DNA of 27,570 bases, from assembly GCA_039798785.1 (NCBI GenBank), contig JBDKFG010000079.1, forward strand, positions 1 through 27,570, read 5' to 3'. The position numbers and the translations under genes are program-made. Positions 9,334 through 17,791 of the stretch are shown here, in pieces. Below the pieces are notes generated by a model. It saw only the letters and a list, made by a program, of their open reading frames with translations. It was not told the origin of the DNA and did no database searches. This DNA is from Verrucomicrobiota bacterium. Its GTDB lineage: Bacteria; Verrucomicrobiota; Lentisphaeria; Lentisphaerales; Lentisphaeraceae. Positions within the stretch are counted from its first letter, which is position 1, and each line of letters begins with the position of its first letter.

Positions 9334-9943
9334 TCCGCCGCAAGGTTTTCCCGGCAGCCGCCCGCGCCTGCGCTCTGGCGGCGGCTATCGTCAACTGAAG
9401 AGCTTCCAGATCACCACGATCATCTACGACGGCACGGTGTTTTTCTGCGAGCGTTTCGTTGATTGTCATTCGCGCTTGATCGACCAGATGGTGCAAGGGG
9501 CGCGCAGTGGACGCCAGAACATCGCCGAAGGCAGCCGCGTCGGCACTGGCTCGAGCCAGACCGAGATCCGCCTGGTCAATGTCGCCCGCGCCAGCCTCGA
9601 CGAACTGCTCCTCGACTACGAAGACTTCCTGCGGCAGAAGCGCCACAAGATGTGGGAGAAGACCGATGCCGAGACCAGCGAAGTGCGGCGCATCCGCTTC
9701 TCCGAGGCGGATTTCCCGCCCTTCGATCCCCGGAACCCCCGGACCGGCGCGACCAGTTCGGTCCTTATCTCCCCTGGCTGACCAGCCCGAAAAGGGAAGT
9801 GGTCGCCAACACCCTGATCTGCCTGATCCACCAGGCGAATTACCTGCTCGACCAGCAAATCAGCGCCCTCGAGCAGAGCTTCATTCAAGATGGCGGCTAC
9901 AGCGAACAGCTCGCGGCGGCTAGGCTGGAACACCGGCGCGGCT

Positions 9944-9980
9944 AACAAGATCAGTCCGATCGGTCGGATCGGTCCGATCT
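9944..9980. repeat. 9-bp-unit quasi-palindromic repeat, copy 2
   Basis: AACA-AGATCAGTCCGATCGGTCGGATCGGTCCGATCT, a direct repeat of 9297-9333. Confidence 0.8.
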
Positions 9981-10135
9981 GCGGGCGAAGGCGCTCGATT
10001 GCCCGAAGTGTTCACAGCCGATGGTCCTGCGCCGCGTCCGCCAAGGCGAACGCAGCGGCGAACAGTTTTGGGGCTGTAGCCTTTGGCCGAAATGCGACGG
10101 CAAGCGGAAGCTTTGATCGTTAGCTCAAAGAAAGC

Positions 10136-10789
10136 TCAGTCCGCGCTTTTCCCGGCCTCTGCCTCGGCCATCTTCCGGCGGTGTTTCCACCAGGTCAGAA
10201 CCGGCGGGATCATCGAGACGAAGATCACCAGCAGGATGACCTTCTCGGTGTTGTTTTTCACGAAGGGGATGTTGAAACAGAAATAGCCGAGGACCGAGAG
10301 GCTGACGACCCAAAGGATGCCGCCGACGATGTTGAAGAAGGCGAAGCGCTTGAAGCTCATGTCGCCCATGCCGGCGACAAAGGGGACGAAGGTACGCATG
10401 AAGGGGGCGAAGCGGGCGTAGATCACCGCCTTGCCGCCGTGCTCCTCGAAGAAGGAGTGGGTGGCCTCGACATGTTTCTGCTTCACCCAGTTTTTTCGCA
10501 GCATCCATTCGCCAAACTTGTGGCCGACGGTGAAGTTGAGGAAGTCGCCGGCGATCGCGGCGACGCAGAGCAGCGGGATCATGATGAGCAGGTTCATCTC
10601 GTTGTCGCTGAGGGCGCAGAGGCCGCCGGCGGCGAGCAGGAGGGAGTCGCCCGGCAGCAGCGGCAGGAAGACCAAGCCGGTTTCACAGAAGATGATCAGA
10701 AAGAGCAGGGCGTAGATCCATAATCCGTAATCACGGACGAACTCGATCAGGTGCTGATCGACGTGAAGTATGAAGTCAATCGGGTTCAT
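10136..10789 (-). CDS. dedA: DedA family membrane protein
   Basis: Start at ATG 10789 (MNPIDFILH) after AGGAAGG. Motifs FCETGLVFLPLLPGDSLL, AAIAGD and ARFAPFMRTFVPFVAG. Confidence 0.93.
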   Translation of the reverse strand: MNPIDFILHVDQHLIEFVRDYGLWIYALLFLIIFCETGLVFLPLLPGDSLLLAAGGLCALSDNEMNLLIMIPLLCVAAIAGDFLNFTVGHKFGEWMLRKNWVKQKHVEATHSFFEEHGGKAVIYARFAPFMRTFVPFVAGMGDMSFKRFAFFNIVGGILWVVSLSVLGYFCFNIPFVKNNTEKVILLVIFVSMIPPVLTWWKHRRKMAEAEAGKSAD

Positions 10790-10881
10790 CGCGCCTTCCT
10801 TTGCTGTTTCGGCTGCCGATTCTACCCGGATACCGGTTTCCTGCAAGGGGCGAAGATGAAGGAAGGATGAAGCGACTCAAG

Positions 10882-10966
10882 GGAGTGAAGGAGTAGGGAG
10901 TGAAGGAGTGAAGACGAAGTCCATGCCGTTTGTCGTTACTCCCTTACTCCCTTACTCCCCTGCTCC
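10882..10966. repeat. Inverted arrays of 8-bp tandem repeats forming an imperfect hairpin
   Basis: About 4 copies of GGAGTGAA at 10882-10912, facing (TTACTCCC)x3 plus CTGCTCC at 10936-10966. Confidence 0.7.
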
Positions 10967-11083
10967 TTATGCACGCGTGGCTCTCGAAGCGAGGCAAGCA
11001 CTAAGAGAGATCTTGTAGAGGAGGAAATATAGCTCCGGGCGGCTACAGTCGGGCGAACTCACCGCATTCCGGAATCTGCCGCC

Positions 11084-12103
11084 GTGCCCACTCCTCTTCA
11101 AACCTGCCTCGTCACCGGCGCCTCGGGCTTCCTCGGCCGGGTCATCGCCCGCCAGCTCGCGAGCCGCGGCGCCCGCGTCATCGCCTACGGCCGCTCCTCG
11201 CCCGACGCCCTCCTGCGCGAAGGCGCCGCCACCTGGATCCGCGGCGAACTCGATGACGCCGAAGCCCTCAGCCGCGCCTGCGACGGGGTCGACACGGTTT
11301 TCCACGTCGCCGCCAAGGCCGGGGTCTGGGGCGCTTACGAAGACTACTTCCGCCCCAACGTCCTGGGCACCCGCGCCGTCATCCAGGCCTGCCGCCAGGC
11401 CCTGGTGCCGCGCCTGGTCTTCACCTCCTCGCCCAGCGTCGCCTACGACGACAGCGGAGTCGAAGGCGGCGACGAATCGCTGCCTTATCCGGCCCAATAC
11501 CTGACCCACTACCCCGCCACCAAAGCCCAGGCGGAACGGGAAGTCCTCGCCGCCAACAGCCCGGAACTCGCCACCTGCGCCCTGCGTCCCCACCTGATCT
11601 GGGGCCCCGAAGACGGTAACCTCCTGCCCCGCCTCATCGCCCGGGCCAAGGCCGGAAAGTTGATCCAGGTCGGCGACGGCTCCAACCGGGTCGACGTCAG
11701 CTATGTCGACAACGCCGCGTGCGCCCACATTCAAGCGGCGCTCGCGCTCGCGCTCGCCAGCACCGGCGCGCCGGCGGGCAAGGCCTATTTCATCGGCGAT
11801 GCCGAACCGGTGCTGCTCTGGCCCTGGATCAACCGCCTCCTGACCGAGCTCAAGCTGCCGCCGGTGAAGCGCCGGATCTCCTACCCCGCCGCCCGCCTCC
11901 TCGGCCGCGGCTGCGAACTCGCCTGGTCCCTCGGACGCCTGAAAGGCGAACCGCCGATGACCCGCTTCGTCGCCGCCCAGCTCGCCACCAGCCACTGGTT
12001 CCGCCACGACGCCGCCAGTCGCGACTTCGGCTACGCACCCGCCATCGACAACGAAGAAGGGCTGCGGCGGACGGTCAATTTCGAGTTAAGAGTTAAGAGT
12101 TAA
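11084..12103 (+). CDS. NAD-dependent epimerase/dehydratase (extended SDR, 3-beta-HSD/OleD-like)
   Basis: LVTGASGFLG Rossmann motif, VFHVAAKAGVWG, TSSPSV, YPATK (YxxxK) and ALRPHLIWGP. Confidence 0.88.
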   Translation: MPTPLQTCLVTGASGFLGRVIARQLASRGARVIAYGRSSPDALLREGAATWIRGELDDAEALSRACDGVDTVFHVAAKAGVWGAYEDYFRPNVLGTRAVIQACRQALVPRLVFTSSPSVAYDDSGVEGGDESLPYPAQYLTHYPATKAQAEREVLAANSPELATCALRPHLIWGPEDGNLLPRLIARAKAGKLIQVGDGSNRVDVSYVDNAACAHIQAALALALASTGAPAGKAYFIGDAEPVLLWPWINRLLTELKLPPVKRRISYPAARLLGRGCELAWSLGRLKGEPPMTRFVAAQLATSHWFRHDAASRDFGYAPAIDNEEGLRRTVNFELRVKS

Positions 12104-12105
12104 GA
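12083..12105. repeat. Heptamer tandem repeat (GAGTTAA)x3
   Basis: Read directly at 12083-12103. Supplies the stop codon of the SDR gene. Confidence 0.75.
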
Positions 12106-12135
12106 ACCAGAAAAATCACAACACGAGGCCAGAAG

Positions 12136-13164
12136 ATGGACGAAGCTGAGAAGCCAAAGAAAAAAGTCGCGAAGGCCAAAGCTGCGGCTCCCGCAAAGCC
12201 CAAGGCCAAAGCTGCGGCTCCCGCAAAGCCTAAGGCCAAAGCTGCGGCTCCCGCAAAGCCCAAGGCCAAGAAGGCCAAGGCCGAGAGGGATGCGACCGTC
12301 GACCAGCTCCTCAAAGAACTGCAACAAGAGATGCGGGAACGCGAGCTGAACGATGCCGCCTACCCGGAAGTGGCCGAGCGGATCAATGCCTGGGTTCAGG
12401 TGCGCCTGAAAGGCTTCAAGGGCCATCGCGCCGAGTGCCTGAAACAGCTCGAAAAGATGGACCAGGCCGCCGCGCGCAACGATTACGATGCGGCCTTCAA
12501 ATGCCTCGACAAGGCGATGGAGGCCGACCCCAGCGCCTTGCGCCCGGTGCTGCAATTCCTCCGGGTGGAATGCAGCATGGATCCGGAGGTCCGTCTCGAA
12601 TTCCTGGAGACGATCAAGAGCCAGTTCGACGAAGAGCTCGGATTCGATCCGGAACTTCCCATCAGCCCGGAGCAGCGCGACGAGCTGCTGATGGTCGTCA
12701 CCGAATCCGTCGAAGTCCTTTTTGAACTGGAACGATTCGCCGAGGTCCACCCCCTGGTCATGATGGCGCTGCAGCGCCTGAGCCTCGACGAATCGGCCTC
12801 GGGCCTGATCGTCCTGGCGATCTTCGCCGCCGCCTTGTCGGGCGACTTCGACATGCTGGCAATGCTGCTCGGCGACGAGCTCGAGGGCCTGCCGGCGCAA
12901 CTGATGCCGCTCGCCCTCGTCCTGCAGATCCGCAACAAGGACGAAGCCGCGGCGCAGAAAACCCTGGCGAAACTGCGCCAGGAGGCCCCGGTGATCATCG
13001 ACTTCCTGAGCGGCAAGATCGACGCCGAGAAGTGCTCGGACGAGCTCCAAGACCAGGGCCTGGTGGCGGAATCCATCGCCATCCCGCAGTTCATCGCCCC
13101 CTTCTGGAGCCAGCACCCCGAAGGCCGCGCCTGGCTGCTGCGGAACTCCTTCCTGCGCCGATGA
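12136..13164 (+). CDS. Hypothetical alpha-helical protein with Lys/Ala/Pro-rich (histone H1-like) N-terminal tail
   Basis: 342-aa ORF with GC3-rich codons and GAGG upstream. The stop overlaps the dus start (ATGA). Contains KAKAAAPAKP repeats. Confidence 0.7.
   Translation: MDEAEKPKKKVAKAKAAAPAKPKAKAAAPAKPKAKAAAPAKPKAKKAKAERDATVDQLLKELQQEMRERELNDAAYPEVAERINAWVQVRLKGFKGHRAECLKQLEKMDQAAARNDYDAAFKCLDKAMEADPSALRPVLQFLRVECSMDPEVRLEFLETIKSQFDEELGFDPELPISPEQRDELLMVVTESVEVLFELERFAEVHPLVMMALQRLSLDESASGLIVLAIFAAALSGDFDMLAMLLGDELEGLPAQLMPLALVLQIRNKDEAAAQKTLAKLRQEAPVIIDFLSGKIDAEKCSDELQDQGLVAESIAIPQFIAPFWSQHPEGRAWLLRNSFLRR
12172..12269 (+). repeat. 30-bp coding tandem repeat, about 3.3 copies
   Basis: AAGGCCAAAGCTGCGGCTCCCGCAAAGCC(C/T) repeated, encoding KAKAAAPAKP. 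Confidence 0.9.
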
Positions 13165-14153
13165 GTTTCTGGGCCGAAGACGGCCCCTGGTTCTGCCTAG
13201 CGCCGATGGAGGAGGTCACCGATAGCGCCTTCCGCGAAATCGTCGCGTCGAGCGCAAAACCCGGGGCCCTGCGGGTGCTCTTCACCGAGTTCACCTCCGC
13301 CGACGCCCTCTGTCATCCCCGCGGACGGGAGAAGGTCCGCCACCGTCTCGCCGTCAGCAGCAGCGAAAAGGCGCTTCTCCGGGCCCGGGGCATCCGCCTG
13401 GTGGCGCAGCTTTGGACCGCGTCGCCGGAGAAGCTGAGCCAAGCCATCCGCGACTTGATCGCTCCGAGCGGCGATTTCGACGGCGTCGACATCAACATGG
13501 GCTGTCCGGTGCCGCAGGTGCTGAAGCAGGGCGCGGGTTCGGCTTTGATTGCCTGTCCCAGCCTCGCGGCCGAGCTGATTTGCGCCGCCCGCGAAGCCTC
13601 GCCGCTGCCGGTGTCGGTGAAGACCCGGATCGGCCTGGAAACCCCCGATACCGAAGCCTGGTGCCGGAGCTTGCTGGCGGCCCGTCCCGCCGCCTTGACC
13701 CTGCATGGCCGGACCCAGAGCCAGTTGAGCACCGGTTTCGCCGAGTGGGATGAAATCGCCAAGGCGGTGCCGCAGCGCGACGAGTTTTCCCCCGCCACCC
13801 GGATCCTCGGCAACGGCGACGTCCTGGATCTTGCGGAAGCCGCGGAAAAGTGCCGGATCCACCGGCTCGACGGAGTCATGATCGGCCGCGGCATCTTCGC
13901 CAATCCCTGGCTTTTTGCGCCCGGTTTCGTCCCGAATCGCGACCAGCGGATCGCGGCCTTCCGGCGTCACGCCGAGCTCTTTTTTGCGGATTGGGACGAG
14001 GACAAGAATCCCGCCACGCTGCTGCGGTTCGCCAAGATCTACCTGAGGGGCTTTGCCGAAGCTGCGTCTATGCGGTCTGATCTGGCCAACCTGTCGGCAC
14101 CTTGCGACATCCTGGAGTGGCTGGCTAAGTTCACTTCGCCTGATAGCCCTTGA
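13161..14153 (+). CDS. dus: tRNA-dihydrouridine synthase
   Basis: Start at ATG 13161 (ATGA overlap). Motifs LAPMEEVTD, DINMGCP (catalytic Cys), SVKTRIG, LHGRT, GNGDV and GVMIGRG. Subfamily not resolved. Confidence 0.9.
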   Translation: MSFWAEDGPWFCLAPMEEVTDSAFREIVASSAKPGALRVLFTEFTSADALCHPRGREKVRHRLAVSSSEKALLRARGIRLVAQLWTASPEKLSQAIRDLIAPSGDFDGVDINMGCPVPQVLKQGAGSALIACPSLAAELICAAREASPLPVSVKTRIGLETPDTEAWCRSLLAARPAALTLHGRTQSQLSTGFAEWDEIAKAVPQRDEFSPATRILGNGDVLDLAEAAEKCRIHRLDGVMIGRGIFANPWLFAPGFVPNRDQRIAAFRRHAELFFADWDEDKNPATLLRFAKIYLRGFAEAASMRSDLANLSAPCDILEWLAKFTSPDSP

Positions 14154-16476
14154 CCAGGATGCTGCGGATCTGGGCGGCGAGCTTCTCGTTGTTGACGGTG
14201 AAACGCTCATGGATCCGCCAGCCATTGAATTCGAAGGTGCCGTTGCCGCTGATGGCGGCTTCGATCTTTTCGCCCGCCGGGCCGTGGGTCACCAGCTCGT
14301 GGCCTTCCCCTTTCGGCCGGACTTCGATGATCAGGCCTCGGGCCCGGTCTTTTTCACGAGGATCGGGGCACAGGCTGAGCTCCTTGGTCAGCAGGCGCTT
14401 GCTCTTTCCGAGGGCTTTGCTCCACACTTCGTTGCGGCTGCCGGCGACTTCGAGGACGGCGAATTGGTGGGTGGCGCCGAAAGGCGAGATGACGTGACTG
14501 GCAGCGGATCCCTTTGGCTGCTCCCGGTCGGAGAGATAGAGGTTGTTGACGGTCTTGTAGAGGACTTCGTAGTTGCTGCCGAGCGCCTGCCAGAGCTGGT
14601 AGCCGACGGTCTGGCTTTGGCCGACGAGCCAGAGCAGTTCATTGTCTTCCTGGAGGGGCAGGTAGTGTCCGAAGCGGTTGAAGAAGAAAGTCTTCACCGG
14701 TTCGTCCTGATCGGCGACCAGCTTTCCCAGCTCTTCACTGCTGAGGATGCGGAGAGAGAGATAGATCGGTCCGTTCACGGTGCGTCGTGTCGAGCTGTCG
14801 TACCAGGAGCAGCGCCAGGTCCTGCTGCGGCTGTCGTAGCGTTCGGGGTAGATGTCATAGCTGGAGTAGTAGTTGCTGACGACCCTGTAGGGGGCGTGGA
14901 CTTCGCGGGTCTTGAAGAGTCCGGCGGAGAGTTTTTCATCGAGGCTGCGGACCGAGGCGACGACGCGGCTCAGTTCGCGTCGCAAGACGGCTTCGCCCTG
15001 GCCGGTTTTCAGTTTTGCCAAGGCCTCGGAGTAGTTGCCGCCGAGGGCCAGTTCGAGAGCCGGAGAGAACTCTTTCAGCAGTGCGGCCTTGCGGGCGAGG
15101 GCAGCCTCGGCACGGGCCTTTTCCGCCGCGACGGCCTTGAGGTTCTCGGCGTCCTCCCTGGCTTTGGCTTTCGCCGCGGCTGCGGCTGCGTCCTGGACTT
15201 CTGGGTTGAGGCGCAGGGCAGGAGAGGTGGCTGGCTGGTTTTTCGCTTTTGCGGCCTCGGCTTCGGCCTTCTGGCGCGCGGCTTCGGCGGCGGCGACTTT
15301 CTGTCTCGCATCCTCTTCGGTCCTGATCCGGGCAGCTTCCATCTCAGCCAGCTTCCGCTGGTTTTCCTCTTCGAGCTGCTGCCGGATGGCTTCGAGAGCG
15401 CGGGCCTGCTCGGCTGCCGCAGCGGCTGCGGAGCTGAGCCTCGCCGCATCGTCGTCGGCCGGCGACGGCACGGAGCTGGCGGCGGCTGCATCCGGCGCCG
15501 GGGCGCCAGCAATGGCCGGTTTTTCCTGGTCGGTCATCAGCAGGGCGGTCATCAGCAGAGTCGCCAGGATGGCCAGGCCGACGGCAAAGGAGGCCAGCTT
15601 GTAAGGCGCCTTCACCGGCTCTTTGACTTTGATCGTCAGTCCCGAGATGACAGCGTCTGCGGCGCCGAGAAGATCTTCCCAATTCTGGAAACGCTGCTCC
15701 GGCTTCTTGGCCAACAGCGCTTGGCAGAAGTCGCTGACAGCGACCGAGCAGGCGGGAACCAGCGAGGCGAGGCGGGGAGGGGGGCTGAACTGGTGGTGGG
15801 TGAGGATCTGGCGGTAATCGCCGTCGTCGAAGGGCGGCTCGCCGCTGATCAAACAGTGCAGGGTCGCTCCCAGGGAATACATGTCGGCCCGCGGATCGCC
15901 GGGTTTCCAGGTGCCGCTGATCACTTCCGGTGCGGCGAAATGCGGGGTCAGGCAGATGCCGTCGCTGTCGCCGCCGTGACCTTCGCCGTGCATGCGCGCC
16001 AGACCCAGGTCGGCGAGCTTCACCTGGCCGTCGCTGCGGATCAGGAGGTTCGACGGCTTCAGGTCGCCGTGGGTGAGGCCGCGGCTGCGGTGGCCGTGAG
16101 CCAGGCCGGCGGCGACGGCCCGGATCAGCATCATCGCTTCACCGGGAGGCAGGCGGCCGCGTTTCTTCAGGAGGACGCCAGCATCGACTCCATCGACCAG
16201 TTCCATGGCGAAATAGAGATGGCCTTCGGCCGAGCGGCCGACATCGTAGGCCTGGACTATTGAGGGATGCTGGATCGCCGCCGCCGCCTGCGCTTCGCGG
16301 ATGAAGCCGCGTACGAATTCCGGGTCTTCGGCGATCTGCGGCCGCAGGATCTTCAAGGCGACTGGACGGGCCAGCGACAGCTGCACTGCCTCGTAGACGT
16401 CGCCGTTGTTCCCGGCGGCGATGAATCTGCGGATCTGGTAGCCGGCGACGACTGTGCCGGGATGGAGTTGGGTCAT
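14131..16476 (-). CDS. Hanks-type Ser/Thr protein kinase with TM helix, Ala-rich coiled-coil and unknown C-terminal domain
   Basis: VALKIL, FIREA, HPSIV, HGDLKPSN, LADLGLA, TPHFAAPE, DMYSLG. TM segment LASFAVGLAILATLLMTALLM. Confidence 0.9.
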   Translation of the reverse strand: MTQLHPGTVVAGYQIRRFIAAGNNGDVYEAVQLSLARPVALKILRPQIAEDPEFVRGFIREAQAAAAIQHPSIVQAYDVGRSAEGHLYFAMELVDGVDAGVLLKKRGRLPPGEAMMLIRAVAAGLAHGHRSRGLTHGDLKPSNLLIRSDGQVKLADLGLARMHGEGHGGDSDGICLTPHFAAPEVISGTWKPGDPRADMYSLGATLHCLISGEPPFDDGDYRQILTHHQFSPPPRLASLVPACSVAVSDFCQALLAKKPEQRFQNWEDLLGAADAVISGLTIKVKEPVKAPYKLASFAVGLAILATLLMTALLMTDQEKPAIAGAPAPDAAAASSVPSPADDDAARLSSAAAAAAEQARALEAIRQQLEEENQRKLAEMEAARIRTEEDARQKVAAAEAARQKAEAEAAKAKNQPATSPALRLNPEVQDAAAAAAKAKAREDAENLKAVAAEKARAEAALARKAALLKEFSPALELALGGNYSEALAKLKTGQGEAVLRRELSRVVASVRSLDEKLSAGLFKTREVHAPYRVVSNYYSSYDIYPERYDSRSRTWRCSWYDSSTRRTVNGPIYLSLRILSSEELGKLVADQDEPVKTFFFNRFGHYLPLQEDNELLWLVGQSQTVGYQLWQALGSNYEVLYKTVNNLYLSDREQPKGSAASHVISPFGATHQFAVLEVAGSRNEVWSKALGKSKRLLTKELSLCPDPREKDRARGLIIEVRPKGEGHELVTHGPAGEKIEAAISGNGTFEFNGWRIHERFTVNNEKLAAQIRSILVKGYQAK

Positions 16477-16571
16477 GAAAAGGGCTCGGGCTTGATTTCG
16501 GACATCCCCACTCTAGCACCGATCCGGTCCCGATTGCAAGAAGAAAATCCCTCTTTCCGCTCTTTCCTCTC

Positions 16572-17714
16572 TCAGCGCTTCGCGGCCACCGCTTTCTCCA
16601 TCCGGTGCAGGGCCTCGACCAAGGTGCTGCGGGGACAGCCGAAGTTGATCCGCAAGTAGCCGGGAGCGTTGAACAAGGCGCCCTCGTGCAGTCCGACGCC
16701 GAAGCTCTCGAAGTGCTCCTTGGGATTGGCCACCCCCAGTTTGCGGCAGTCGATCCAGGCGAGATAGGTCGCTTCCGGACGCCAGATCGTCAGCTCGGGC
16801 AGGCGCGCCGCAAAGAAGTTCATCATGTAGTCGAGATTGCCGCGGAGATAATCCTTCAGCTCGTCCAGCCAGGGACCGCCATGGCGATAGGCGGCTTCAC
16901 AGGCGACCAGACCGAGGACGTTGGGATCCGGGACAATCCCCTTCAAGGTGCGCTGGAATTTCAGGCGCAGGCCGGCATCCGGGATGATGGCGAAGGCGGT
17001 GCACAGGCCGGGCACGTTCCAGGTCTTGCTCGGCGCCATCAGGGTGACGGTGCGAGCCTCGATCTCGGGTGACAAGGTGGCGGTGACGATGTGCGGGGTC
17101 TTTTCGTCGAGCACGAGGTCGCAGTGGATCTCGTCGGAGCAGATCACCATGTCGTTGGCGAGCCAGACCTTAGCCATCTCTTTGAGCTCGGCGCGGCTGA
17201 AGACGCGTCCGACCGGATTGTGCGGCGAACACAGCAGGTGCAGCGGCGTCTCTTTTGCAGCAGCGGCAAACTCGGCCGGATCAAGTTGCCAAGTGCCATC
17301 CTTGAGGCGGAAAGGGACATCGCGGTAGTCTCGTCCGGAGAGGTCCGGCGCAGTGATGAAGGGGGGATAGACCGGAGCGTTGATCAAGGCTTTTTCGCCC
17401 GGCTTCAGGTAGGCGCGGAGGGCGACATGCAGGGCCGGGACGACACCGGGCAGCCAGACGAACCATTCGGGGCGGGTCTTCCAACCGTGTTTCTTCTCCA
17501 GCCACTCGATCACCGCGGCGGTTTGCGACGGACGCGGAACGGGGTAGCCCATGATCTCGTGATCGAGCTCGCGTCGGACCGCATCGAGGACGACGGCCGG
17601 AGCGGCGAAATCCATGTCGGCAACCCAAAGCGGCAGGATGTCCTTCCCCGCATAACGTTCCCATTTCATGCTGCCGGTGCCGCGGCGGTCGATGATGCGA
17701 TCGAAGGAGTTCAT
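16572..17714 (-). CDS. patB: MalY/PatB family PLP-dependent C-S lyase (cystathionine beta-lyase-like)
   Basis: SMKW, PLWVADMDF, LCSPHNPVGRV, SDEIHCDL, APSKTWN (PLP Lys) and RINFGCP. Confidence 0.88.
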   Translation of the reverse strand: MNSFDRIIDRRGTGSMKWERYAGKDILPLWVADMDFAAPAVVLDAVRRELDHEIMGYPVPRPSQTAAVIEWLEKKHGWKTRPEWFVWLPGVVPALHVALRAYLKPGEKALINAPVYPPFITAPDLSGRDYRDVPFRLKDGTWQLDPAEFAAAAKETPLHLLCSPHNPVGRVFSRAELKEMAKVWLANDMVICSDEIHCDLVLDEKTPHIVTATLSPEIEARTVTLMAPSKTWNVPGLCTAFAIIPDAGLRLKFQRTLKGIVPDPNVLGLVACEAAYRHGGPWLDELKDYLRGNLDYMMNFFAARLPELTIWRPEATYLAWIDCRKLGVANPKEHFESFGVGLHEGALFNAPGYLRINFGCPRSTLVEALHRMEKAVAAKR

Positions 17715-17791
17715 CTTTCATTCCTCAATTTGGATTTTTCGTTTGCCAAAACTATAGCGCGCCTCAGATTCGCCACAGGAGACATGACGGA

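Larger units (their letters stand above)
9245..10116 (+). pseudogene. Disrupted four-helix-bundle protein with suffix domain and topoisomerase-type C4 zinc finger
   Basis: GTG 9245 overlaps the upstream TGA. First frame has GGYRQLKSFQ...DQMVQGARSGRQNIAEGS...ARASLDELLLDYEDFLRQ. A frameshift at ~9728-9740 leads into ANTLICLIHQANYLLDQQI...GGYSEQL. In-frame TAA at 9943-9945, then CPKCSQPMVLR...FWGCSLWPKC to TGA 10116. Confidence 0.82.

Noticed and set aside
9943..9945. Programmed read-through (Sec/Pyl) of the in-frame stop
   Set aside because: The codon is TAA and the gene also has a frameshift. Decay is the simpler explanation.
14053..16263. 736-aa plus-strand ORF
   Set aside because: Antisense shadow of the kinase gene.
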